Positions 39,001 through 49,668 of a stretch of 64,000 bases of DNA are shown piece after piece. Position 1 is the first letter of the stretch, and each line of letters opens with the position of its first letter. The translations under genes and the position numbers were made by a program. The notes under the pieces are model-generated. The model saw only the letters and a program-made list of their open reading frames with translations. It was not told the origin of the DNA and did not search any database. Source of the stretch: Ophelia neglecta (Eukaryota); contig OZ260661.1 in NCBI GenBank assembly GCA_965285935.1, positions 111,600,001 through 111,664,000 of the forward strand, given 5' to 3'.

Positions 39001-40464
39001 ATTCCTTTAAGCAAGAACAGCCCAGCATATACATGAGAGCGGGACCTTTTTTCAAAAAATACAAGACTTACGGGGCAAATGAAAGCAATGTTAATAGGTT
39101 CGGGGAGATGTTGCACAATCCTCACCAGCAGCTACACTTCTCAACTTGACGCCTTTAGTTATAATCCCGTATCATCTTGATTTGTGACCTTTGCAAATGA
39201 TCAAAACAAAATATCGGAGATGTTAGTGTCCAAATTATTGACCATAATTTATTGATATAATATCTAACAATAGTTTATACTCGCATACTCAATTGTATAA
39301 TAGTGATAATATATATTTGAAAACAAGTCTTATCTTAACATCGCCAACAAATATCTATGTACTATTATTTCAGTGTACCGTGCGCCTGTCTTACCTAAAG
39401 TACGTATGACTCACGTATAAAGTTAAACGCACCGATATTCTTAAGCAAGAAAAATATTTATTTTACTCAAGGAGAGCCAGTATACAATCAATGAATCTCT
39501 TTACGACTGTTTATGGCTGTGTAGGTTCTTGTTTCCATTGTTTGAACCACTACACAGAAAAATACTGTAATGACTTAGCGTGATATGATCCGCTCATTCT
39601 AAAGCTAATGGTCTAGTGCATCTGCTTCATACTGTAACATCGTTTGCTGTCACAATAAAAACGTTACTAGTCCACTTTGTTGATTTTAACATTTTTACAG
39701 GTAATTGGAATATACAAAGACCTTTATCCTCACACACCGTCCCCTTAACGTTTATTCACAGAAACGTTTACCATCTTAACACGTCAAAGCTAAGGTACAA
39801 AAAAAAAATGGCATGTCTCATATTGGCTACTGTACGCTAATTTCCTTATAACTTGCGCACTTTATGAAAAAAGTATGGCTTATATTGACTACTTTATGGC
39901 TATCGATAATTTAAATGCAGCGGCCAGCGCAGCAGATACTCTTAACAGTTACATCTAATTTACTAGAAATCAAAATAACTCAATTTGAACCTAGTGAACT
40001 CTACATCAGTGTTAACATAACACCTCCAATTAAACACAAACAGTCACCTGATAATACCCACACATTGTTTATTTGCTCATATATAATTACCTTGAAATAT
40101 TACATCTGCTGAATCCAATTGTATTCTTTAAAGGTAAACATATTATATTTACGCAATCCTGTATATGGCTACCATTTACACCATATAATTTTACATCCTC
40201 TATAGTGATAACTTAACTGAGAAGGGCAACTCCTGTACTTGGCAATATAAGGTCACAATAGCAAATAAAGTATTCAAATAAATAAAAGTTTGTTTTCCAC
40301 TCAACCTGAACCTTTCTGATACAACTATTAATAAAACATGTAATATTGTATAAATGTATTTGCAAATCTTGCAAACTTAATATCGACACATGATTTACAT
40401 TCATGTGTCCATATTTAATATTTCACTGAGAAATAAATGTGATACACAACTGTTCCAATTATAC

Positions 40465-41190
40465 GGTCTCAAGTAGAATTTATTTATGTATGGGCCGGTA
40501 TGACTTGGTTTTCACCCTGATTGACCTGACCAACCCATCATTTCAGGGAAAGTATCATGCAACGATGACTACTTGTGGCCAACTATTTCTAGGAACGCTT
40601 TCGTCAGCCACCAGAACTCCTTGCTGGAAATTTGGTGACTCTTTCTGCCATTTTTGGCTCAGCTGCAAAAATGGCAAATATTCACGTACCCTCCTTTGCC
40701 AAATAAACCGGTCATGAACTGAATCTGTCGCCACGTTCGTCTGCTGAAATGGGACTTGCTTTACAAACTGCTCGGAGGCAACTTTGCACCGGCAGGCAAT
40801 ACCGAAAGGTGATTGGGCTTTAAGGCTCTGAGTCTGCGGGGGCGTCCGACACCCTAGAAATTTCTCTATAAATAGCATGGCCTACGCCTCACACAACAGT
40901 TTCAGGAGACCCACATCATCCGAACTCTGCTCCCCGAGTATAGCATTCAACAATTTACGGACAGTTCTTTATCTGTCTCCCACATACTACGCCAGGGTGC
41001 GATGCTAAAGGATTGTTATAAATTTCATTTGTTTTCTCTCGTTGTTTGGAAAATCCTCTGTTTTCTTTTTTTTCCAATCTTTCATGACTTCCCTGAGCTG
41101 TTTCTCTCCGTTGACTTGGCTCGAAGCATTAATTGTCTCTTGGAATGTCCTCTGGTCGCCATGGTCGAGCTATGAATCGACTCAATATAT
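40465..41190 (-). mobile_element. Degenerate BEL/Pao LTR retrotransposon remnant (integrase core and C-terminal DUF5641-type region)
   Basis: RFIARPWRPEDI..DN, FIWQRRVREYLPFLQLSQKWQKESPNF..VLVADESVPRNSWP, DGLVRSIRVKT..RPIHK; stops and frameshifts; no LTR pair seen. Confidence 0.8.
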
Positions 41191-41632
41191 TAATGAATGC
41201 ACCAGTTTCTAGTGAACAGGTCAACTTTATTTTATCAGCATTACTGGGGAGGCAAGTAAATAAACAACCACATCACTTGTAAAGAGATTTGCTCGCTTAA
41301 TCAAAAAAGTACCGACAATAATTCAATGTTCCAATGTTCCAATGAATGGATACATATGATTTGTGTTTCCTGGTTACGATAACAATAGTATTTTAGTCTG
41401 GGTTTACTTATCCTACGACATTTTGCAAACGTTTAATACTGTGGTTGAGTGTTCTTTATTTTCTTTATATTTCTTTGTATTGATTATACAACAGTGATAG
41501 CCTTATATTCTCCGTATTTAGATTTTTTATCATTTGAGTTCATTTTACTTAAATTATTTAGGCCTAACAATGAGCCCTTTTGAACTGACTGTTTGTTTCA
41601 AAGTCACTTCTGTCAAGGCGTAGGTCACATAA

Positions 41633-41702
41633 GACAAAACACTAAATGGCCCACATGGTGCTTATAAATGGGTCGTTAAACCCCCAAATACAAGTCCAAA
41701 TC
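41633..41702 (+). mobile_element. Second very short 5'-truncated retroposon tail
   Basis: cactaaatggcccacatggtg...gtcgttaaacccccaaa...tccaaatc; 12-bp TSD taggtcacataa (41621-41632, 41703-41714). Confidence 0.75.
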
Positions 41703-43214
41703 TAGGTCACATAAATTACTTTATTTCAGACTAGATTTACTTATCTTACTATGTCTGGCATACATTGAATAGTTATGTTATATCTTAATGTAACAGGTAC
41801 TTGGCGTCATCAACAACGGCCGTATGGCTATTGATAGCGCCATGAGCATGGGCGACATAAAGTTATATTCAATTCAATTTAATAACTACTTTGTGTTTCA
41901 GCACACACTGTCAGACGCGTGCCTTTGGTTTACCACTTATCATTCATTTACGAGTTGTTGACATTTTCGCCTAGACCATATCAGTTTTCACTAAATGACA
42001 CATTTTTATGTTGAACTCGAAATTAAAGCTGGACAAAAGCTTTGGGAATCTTTTTTGTCAATCCATTTGAAGCAATAAAGACACTATGCGCATAATCATT
42101 TATCGTGAAAACAGTTTCATATGTCACATAGCTAGGCCTATGTAATAAATATGAGAGTTGGAAATATTTCGTGATAGGAACGGTATTTTTTTCTTTTCTT
42201 TTCCACTTTTCTGACTTTCATATTGACAGACCCAATTGATAGCTATATATGGCAGCCAGCAAAATTGCAAATAAGGGTGAATGGCACACACACTTGGACG
42301 AAAACTCTTTCAAAACTATTCAATTCGGGAAAAACTAATTATGTGCAATCATTAACTGAAAATATCCCTGCCGGCGGAAGCAAGTTGAAGAGTAGCTCGT
42401 GGGGTGGATATTGCTGTTTAATAGAACATCTTGTGCCGGAGTCTGGTAGCGATTTCTTTAGCAGGGGTCATTTTGTCAGAAAATCAGATCTTTACAAATC
42501 AACGTATAGCGGTACGCACTGAGCTAGACAACCAAGAAAATGATCTTCTCATGTGTAATGTCAACCACTGCTATAATATGCGATTTCTTTGTGTGTGTCA
42601 TCCCTTACTAGGCCCAATATTCACAGCATGAGAAAAAAGTGTCATTCACTGCAGTCAGTCAGTTTACCGCCGCACTGGTTTGTGGCTACCATACTCACAT
42701 TGCCTGGTATGTTTTTTATTCCTCGCCTTCAGCAGGCTGATACTTATAAGTGTCTGCACACAGCACGCTAGGTTTTTTTTATCGTTTGTCTTGCATATAT
42801 CAGGCATTCAATCTCTGTCCAAAAATGGTAGAATTACATTTAAAATACCTAAAAAGTCAATTAAGGGCAAAGAATACAACAATTGCAGAAATAGCGTATC
42901 GTGAGTCATGCAGATTACCTAGGCCAGATTCCCTAGGCGAATTGTTCGTTATTGCCGTATTATTGAATATTGTTGTAGAATTCCCACTGTCGAATAGTAA
43001 AACGTCTGACTTTCTTTTATATATAGGACATGTTATATCAAAAATACTGGGACAGACTGATTACTCAATGTTAAGAGGCTGTTGTTTAATACAGGTTGTC
43101 GTATTGTAAGGGACAGCGCTGGTCCTGTTTCGATATATGGGTTCATGTTTCCATTTTTAAAACGATGTTCGAAATGGGAAGTCATAGTATCTTAGAAAAT
43201 ATTCTTATAAGCAG

Positions 43215-43217
<3 letters not shown>

Positions 43218-43249
<32 letters not shown>
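43218..43249. repeat. (AT)n microsatellite
   Basis: About 16 AT dinucleotides directly left of the hAT element. Confidence 0.95.
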
Positions 43250-43253
<4 letters not shown>

Positions 43254-44695
43254 CATGGGGTATTCGTATATTCAGTATTCGTATTCAAATGTATTCGAAT
43301 ACAAAAATGCTGTATTCGTATTCGTATTCGAATACATTCTGAAAAAAGCCAATGTATTCGCATTCGTATTCGAATACATTTCAAATGTATTCATATTCCT
43401 GAACACATTCATGAATACAATGATAAATATTTATATATAAATTCCCCTTAGAACTATATAACTTCCTCTTAGAACTCTTTTAAAGAAAAACTTAATTAAT
43501 TTAATTCACTTCATGATCTTAGAATTTCCACATCTATCTTAAGTTCCATGCTGGAACCTAAAATAGATAGTTGAGACTGCTTTGTTAGTATGGTAGATTT
43601 TAAAGTCCCATCGATCAGTGTGATGTTTGGATTGAGGGAAGACAATGACTGACATTGTCTGACAATATGATATTTACCTGACTAATCAAGGGATCAGGTG
43701 AGACAGTGGTTGAGAGTATGATATTAAACAGGCCAATCAAGTGTCTTAAGTCTAGGAATTAGGGAAGGAGAGTGTTGAAAGACCGATGCCTTGTACCCTG
43801 GTCGCGTTGACAAGATCAGTTTCAAGTTTTACCAAGTGCTTCTGTTTCCTTTGTCACAGATTCAATTTCAATTAATACCCCTGATCTTGGCGCAAAGTGG
43901 AGACCAGTGAATTGGACTTGAATGTTTGTTTTCACACATACATATGGCACTTTTGTACATCCATAACACCAGAAGAGGTGTTGTGATTGGCTAAATTTGA
44001 TGAGTGACCATGTTCTTGAAACTGAATTTAGGCCTGAGCCATCTCATCATAATCAGTGTTCAACCTCCAAGACGAACAGTACACAATAGCTGACATTGTA
44101 GTCCTCAGGTGAAACCATGGCAGTATCTGTTGTGGCTAGCCACTTCAAACTTCGAGACAATACAACAGGAAGATACAAGGCACATGCAAAGTTTTCAGCC
44201 CCGAAAGGTGCAGATTGTCAGACAAAAACTTTGAGACCCTCATGTTTCTAAAAAGGAAATGCTAAATTTGTACAAAAGATGTAATTTACATTGGTAAAAT
44301 GCACTAATAACATGGGACAGAATATATGTAGAAAGCCAATGATATTTTATCATTTTAAAGTGTGTTTTTTCTCCTAGTACATTGCATAGTATCTGTACCA
44401 GTGTAATTTGTTAAGGCATTTAAGTTTTTGTTATACCTTCTATATCAGGTTGTGAAATCAATAATATATAGTTTAATTAATATTAAATTGTTATATTATC
44501 TAATTAACATATAATCCATTTATTGGCATACAAAACCCAAAGTATTCAGGACTGTATTCATGAATACTTTTGAAAGTATTTGTATTTGTATTCGAATACA
44601 TTTGCAAACTGCTGTATTCGTATTCGTATTCGTATTCATGAGATTAATCAGTATTCGTATTCGAATATACTTCAAGTGTATTCGCCCTATGTCTG
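43250..44695. mobile_element. Non-autonomous hAT-type element with GTATTC subterminal arrays
   Basis: TIR cagacatgggg / ccctatgtctg; atatatat on both flanks (43242-43249, 44696-44703); gtattc/gaatac hexamer arrays at both ends. Confidence 0.8.
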
Positions 44696-44931
44696 ATATA
44701 TATCTGGGTGAGCCCATATCTACCCCATGAACAGTTAAACCGTCCCCAGAGCTTCGCATGAATTCATGAATGTCCATGTACGGGGCAGAGTAAAAGAACA
44801 TAGAGAGCATGCCTCCCTGCTGTTTGCTTCGTGTTATAGGAAACTCATCTAAAATGGTTCCATTCATTAGTACAGCCAATCTTGACTCCATCAGCATCTC
44901 TCTGAACTAATGCCAGTTTCCCGGTGATCCC

Positions 44932-45138
44932 TGTAGAACTCTGACTCTACGTATTTAAACAGAACTGATCCGATGTATAACTTTAATATATGTTTTATTC
45001 CAGGACATTCCCGCCTTGCTTGGCTCGACCTGATAGTAATCTACTTCCGGCCCACTATACCGTAGTGCCCCTAATATATATGGCGTCACCACCACAGTAC
45101 CATACGTGCCTGAATAACTTACATGCTCAAACACTACA
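44932..45138 (-). repeat. 3' LTR of Gypsy element
   Basis: tgtagaact...acactaca, identical to 49462-49668; polypurine tract (minus aaaaggaggga) adjoins at 45139-45149. Confidence 0.97.
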
Positions 45139-45435
45139 TCCCTCCTTTTGTTAAAACTATAATAATATTGAAACTTCTTAATGAATACTCTATATGATAT
45201 ATATGCAAATTAAATTGTATCCTATACTAATAAATGTTCATATCAAAATTGAGTTTGCATCGTTATCCTGTTTAAACCAAATGTCACTTGCAGCTTGCTG
45301 TGTGCTGCAATGAATTATATGCAGTCAACAATAATGTACTGTCACACATATATAGAATGTCTCAAATACTAAATTAAATATATATCCTCTCTCAGGTAGT
45401 TAGGCTTAAACATACTTGTAGAACTTTAATTAATT

Positions 45436-48400
45436 TTAGATCATCTCAAAATCTTTATATTTTGCTGGTAGCCTTCTGCTTCTTGCGGACATCTCTCGAG
45501 CTGGTATTTGTTTAGGTGTTATAGCGGGGCTTGGTACTTTAACTGGTGTACCAACAGGTAAGTTTATTGTTTCTGCCGCTTGAGATGTCTGGCTTTCCAC
45601 TGTTTGTTCACCTTGTTCGACAAACTTCTTCTTATGTGCCACATTTCTCTTATACAGCACATTTTCTGGAGATTTAATTACCACGCTATTGCCCTGTTTT
45701 CTCATAACTTCATACGGATCTGTAGCATAGTGTGTAGAAAGTTTTCCTTCTTTTCTCTGTTCAACTAACACTTTATCTCCAACTTGAATGTCTCGTTCGA
45801 CAGCTTTTCTCCTACTGTCAGCATATAACTTTCCTCTCATTTTCATTTCTGAATCTTTGTCCCTGATTATTGTGTCAAATTCAGTGTCTCTAAGTTCAGG
45901 GAGTTTTGTCCTTATTTTTCTGCCAAATAAAAGTTCTGCGGGTGGTATTCCCGTCGTACTGTGGGGAGTTGTTCTGTAGGCTGTTAGAAATGTATTCAGT
46001 TCTTTTCTGAAGTCCTTCTTTTCTGCATGGCATATTTTCAAAAATTTTACCAGTGATTTATTTTGGATTTCTACTTCTCCATTTGCCTGTGCCCAATATG
46101 GTGTCACACGTCTGTGATCTATTCCTAAGTTCTCTAAATAGTCACTCATTTCTTTTGAAGCTAGCTGAGGTCCATTATCACTGGATAATGTGACAGGTAA
46201 TCCATGAGTAGCAAAAATGTCATCCAAAGCTTCAATTGTCTTTTCAGCAGTAATGGTTTTCATAACCTTGACCTCATAGTACCTGCTATAGTAGTCTACC
46301 ACTACAAATAAATTATGTCCTGAGGGCAATGGCCCTAAGAAATCCACACAAACGTCTTGCCATTTGCCAGGGGGCAGTTCAGTTCTCACCATAGGTTCTG
46401 GGATAGATACCTTTTCAGTTAATTGACAGCCATGACAAGCTTTGCACAACCTTTCTGCCTCCTGGTCAATGCCTGGCCACCAGACTTTAGTCCTTAGTCT
46501 TTGCTTAGTCTTTACTATCCTCTGGTGCCCTTCATGTGCTATTTCCAATACTCTGTTCCTCAGAGACTGTGGTATTACCAATCTTGTTCCCCTCAGTATT
46601 ACATGTTCACCAATCATTGTAAGTTCATCCTTCACCAACAAATATCTTTTGTCTGGCACTCTGTCAAAGTTTCCACTGCGGATACACATACTGAGCCCAC
46701 ACAACTCTGAATCTTCTGCCGAGGCCTCCTTGACCTCTTTTACGGTGACAGCTCGTGGCACTGAAGATTCTGCTATGAATTTTACATATTCTTCTGCTCT
46801 AAGGCTGGTTGATATAGGTTTACTTGCTGGCTCAGAGTTTAACAATCTGGACAATGGATCAGCAATGTTGTCCTTGCCTTTGATATATCTCACATTAAAC
46901 TTGTATGGTAACATTCTAAGCAACCATCGTTCGATTCTTGCTGATGGTTTAGAACTTGGCGAGAAAATCATTTCCAACGGTTTGTGGTCCGTTAGTAAAT
47001 CAAACTCTGTCCCTAGAAGATACATGTGAAATCTCTCGCAAGCCCATACCAAACCTAGAGCTTCTTTTTCTGTTTGTGAATAACGGCGCTCAATGTCTGA
47101 TAGGCTGTAGCTGGCATAGCATACTACTCGTTGCTGGCCATCTTGTTCTTGGATCAGGATACCACCAAGGCCAACAGGACTCGCATCAGCGATCACAGTT
47201 GTTTTACAACCTAATTTGAAATATGCCAATGTTTCTGCGGTACACACTCTGGCTTTTATTTCACTGAATGCCTTTTGCTGTTCCTGACCGAATTTGAAAC
47301 TTTCTCCTTTCCTGGTTAATTTCCACAAAGGTTCAGCAATGGTTGCCAAGTCTGGTATATATCTAGACAAAAAACCAATCAGTCCCAAAAAACTACGAAC
47401 CTCTTGAACATTCTTAGGTTCTCTTGCCTCTTTCACGGCTTTCACTTTACTTTCTGTTGGGCCTAGTCCTTTCTCTGATAACACATGTCCCATAAATACC
47501 AGTTTTGTCATTTTGAAAACACATTTTTCTTTATTCAGAGTAAGTCCATTTTCTCTAATAGTGTTCATCACTTTCTCTAATCTTTCATCATGCTCTTTTT
47601 CATTTTTCGCATGGACTATGATATCGTCTGAGATGTTCTTTGCACCTTCACAGTCTTGGAAGACTTCCTGTAATGTTTTCTGATAAATTTCAGGTGCTGA
47701 GCTTATGCCAAACATTAGGCGCTTATAACGAAAATTGCCTTTGTGTGTTGTGAAAGTTGTGATGTCTCTTGCTGCTTCTGATAACTCAAGCTGGTGGTAA
47801 CCCGAACGAAGGTCGAGTTTACTAAACACAGTGCTTTCGTTCAGATCAGAAAGTACTTCGTCCACTGTAGGAATAGGAAATCTTTCCCGTATTATGGCCT
47901 GGTTTGGTCTCCTCATGTCCACACATATTCTCACATCACCATCTGATTTGGGAACAACAACAATGGGGCTTGCCCATTTTGTAGGCCCTGATACTGGTTC
48001 TATGATGTCTAGTTTCATGTATTCATCCAATCTGGCTTCGATTTTCTTGCGCATGCTGAAAGGGGGGCGTCTATATTGTTGAACGACTGGTTTAATGTCT
48101 GGATTGACATGAATGTCAATCTGACGGCCTTTCAGTTTTCCAATGCCTTGGAATACATCACTGTAACTGTCAGATACAGAGTTCACAGACTTATTAGGGA
48201 GTCCTATACTTAACACTCCTAGTGCTTTTGCTGTCTTCCTTCCTAGCAACGGTTCACCTTTAGTGTCCACCACTACTATTTCTGCAAGAGTTTTCACGTT
48301 CGACACACGTAGTTCAGCTTTAAACACACCAATAACGGGTAGGGGAATTATTGAACCATAGGCAAACAGTTTCTTTGAACACTTCGAGGTTTTACACTTG

Positions 48401-49422
48401 ATATGCTGCTTCTTTAGATTTTTCCACATCTGCTTGTCAATAATGTTGCAGCTGGCTCCCGAGTCCACCATCATTTTCACTGGGATGCCTCCTAGACTTA
48501 GTGTAATTTTATCTGCCTGCTCAGTGTTTACAGCAAATGTGTAGGAACTGTCATCACTGTTTTCATACTTCTCTTCAGTACAATTGACCTTCTTTGTTTC
48601 ACTGCTAGAGTTTTTCCTACTGTCCCTTGTCTTACAACAGCGTGAAAAGTGGTCCTTCAATCCGCATTTTTCACAGATTTTGCCTCTCGCAGTACAATTA
48701 GGATCACTGGCTTTATGTCCAAGTCTCCCACACCGATAACACCGGGGACCTGTACCATAATTCCTTCCAGCATTACTATTTTGTTGTCTGGGGTTACTGG
48801 ACTTATTCCTGTGAGATTGTTTATTAGGTTTAGAACAAATTTTGCTTACACTCTCGGCTCTAGTGTCCCTTGACTCCATTTGGCTCATCTGGGAGTCAAC
48901 AGCCTCCACGGATCTTGCGATGGTCTGGGCCTGGGTTAGAGTCAAATCTCTGCCTTTCTCTAAAAGTTTCCTCTTAATGGTGGTTGACATACAGCTTTGA
49001 ATTATTTGATCCCTCACCTGATCGTCTTTGTCAGTAAAGTCACAGTATTCAGCCCTCTGCAGCAGCCTGCCAACAAATTGGTCCACTGATTCTTCCTTTT
49101 CCTGCTTTAGACCTCTAAACATGTGTCTTTCTAAGGGGACATTCACAAACGACTTAAAATAAATGTCCAATTTTCGAAGGGTTTTCCCAAGTTCACTTTC
49201 ACCTTCTACTGCAGGCGGCTCCGGTAAATTCTCGTATATGTCCTGTACATCTGATCCAGCACAGTGTAGCAGCCATGACGCTTGTTGAGCGTCCTCCGTG
49301 ATTCCTTTCCCCTTTATATAGTAATCAAAACCGCGCTTCCACTTTTTCCATCGTGGAGCAATTGTGTTTTGTTCCTTCGTGTCAAACACAGGAAACGATT
49401 CGCTGCTCACCAGTGAAGCCAT
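45436..49422 (-). CDS. Gag-Pol polyprotein (zinc knuckles, protease, RT, RNase H, integrase), 1328 aa
   Basis: CYRCGRLGH..C and CEKCGLKDHFSRCC knuckles; VDSGAS protease; RT ISDDII; RNase H ADASPVG..EKEAL..TDHKPL; integrase HEGH..CHGC, VDF, SDNGPQ, NGEVE; Gypsy order PR-RT-RH-IN. Confidence 0.97.
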   Translation of the reverse strand: MASLVSSESFPVFDTKEQNTIAPRWKKWKRGFDYYIKGKGITEDAQQASWLLHCAGSDVQDIYENLPEPPAVEGESELGKTLRKLDIYFKSFVNVPLERHMFRGLKQEKEESVDQFVGRLLQRAEYCDFTDKDDQVRDQIIQSCMSTTIKRKLLEKGRDLTLTQAQTIARSVEAVDSQMSQMESRDTRAESVSKICSKPNKQSHRNKSSNPRQQNSNAGRNYGTGPRCYRCGRLGHKASDPNCTARGKICEKCGLKDHFSRCCKTRDSRKNSSSETKKVNCTEEKYENSDDSSYTFAVNTEQADKITLSLGGIPVKMMVDSGASCNIIDKQMWKNLKKQHIKCKTSKCSKKLFAYGSIIPLPVIGVFKAELRVSNVKTLAEIVVVDTKGEPLLGRKTAKALGVLSIGLPNKSVNSVSDSYSDVFQGIGKLKGRQIDIHVNPDIKPVVQQYRRPPFSMRKKIEARLDEYMKLDIIEPVSGPTKWASPIVVVPKSDGDVRICVDMRRPNQAIIRERFPIPTVDEVLSDLNESTVFSKLDLRSGYHQLELSEAARDITTFTTHKGNFRYKRLMFGISSAPEIYQKTLQEVFQDCEGAKNISDDIIVHAKNEKEHDERLEKVMNTIRENGLTLNKEKCVFKMTKLVFMGHVLSEKGLGPTESKVKAVKEAREPKNVQEVRSFLGLIGFLSRYIPDLATIAEPLWKLTRKGESFKFGQEQQKAFSEIKARVCTAETLAYFKLGCKTTVIADASPVGLGGILIQEQDGQQRVVCYASYSLSDIERRYSQTEKEALGLVWACERFHMYLLGTEFDLLTDHKPLEMIFSPSSKPSARIERWLLRMLPYKFNVRYIKGKDNIADPLSRLLNSEPASKPISTSLRAEEYVKFIAESSVPRAVTVKEVKEASAEDSELCGLSMCIRSGNFDRVPDKRYLLVKDELTMIGEHVILRGTRLVIPQSLRNRVLEIAHEGHQRIVKTKQRLRTKVWWPGIDQEAERLCKACHGCQLTEKVSIPEPMVRTELPPGKWQDVCVDFLGPLPSGHNLFVVVDYYSRYYEVKVMKTITAEKTIEALDDIFATHGLPVTLSSDNGPQLASKEMSDYLENLGIDHRRVTPYWAQANGEVEIQNKSLVKFLKICHAEKKDFRKELNTFLTAYRTTPHSTTGIPPAELLFGRKIRTKLPELRDTEFDTIIRDKDSEMKMRGKLYADSRRKAVERDIQVGDKVLVEQRKEGKLSTHYATDPYEVMRKQGNSVVIKSPENVLYKRNVAHKKKFVEQGEQTVESQTSQAAETINLPVGTPVKVPSPAITPKQIPAREMSARSRRLPAKYKDFEMI

Positions 49423-49446
49423 CTCGGGTTCCTTGAATGATCTGAG

Positions 49447-49459
49447 ATCCTCGTCGCCA
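49447..49459 (-). other. Primer-binding site, probably tRNA-Ser(GCU)
   Basis: Minus strand TGGCGACGAGGAT 2 nt after the 5' LTR; complementary to ...AUCCUCGUCGCCA, which I recall as the 3' end of metazoan tRNA-Ser(GCU). Confidence 0.8.
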
Positions 49460-49461
49460 GT

Positions 49462-49668
49462 TGTAGAACTCTGACTCTACGTATTTAAACAGAACTGATC
49501 CGATGTATAACTTTAATATATGTTTTATTCCAGGACATTCCCGCCTTGCTTGGCTCGACCTGATAGTAATCTACTTCCGGCCCACTATACCGTAGTGCCC
49601 CTAATATATATGGCGTCACCACCACAGTACCATACGTGCCTGAATAACTTACATGCTCAAACACTACA
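49462..49668 (-). repeat. 5' LTR of Gypsy element
   Basis: 207 bp, identical to 44932-45138. Confidence 0.97.

Larger units (their letters stand above)
44932..49668 (-). mobile_element. Intact Ty3/Gypsy LTR retrotransposon (Mag-like), 4737 bp
   Basis: Two identical 207-bp TG..CA LTRs, 5-bp TSD atccc (44927-44931, 49669-49673), PBS, PPT and an uninterrupted Gag-Pol ORF. Confidence 0.97.

Noticed and set aside
43255-44690. Regularly repeated gtattc units resembling an array or CRISPR
   Set aside because: Hexamer subterminal repeats without unique spacers, in a eukaryotic TE; no cas genes.
45580-48873. Plus-strand ORFs inside the Gypsy element (e.g. 46442..47029) and 52109..52693 in the LINE
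   Set aside because: Antisense shadows of retroelement coding sequence.
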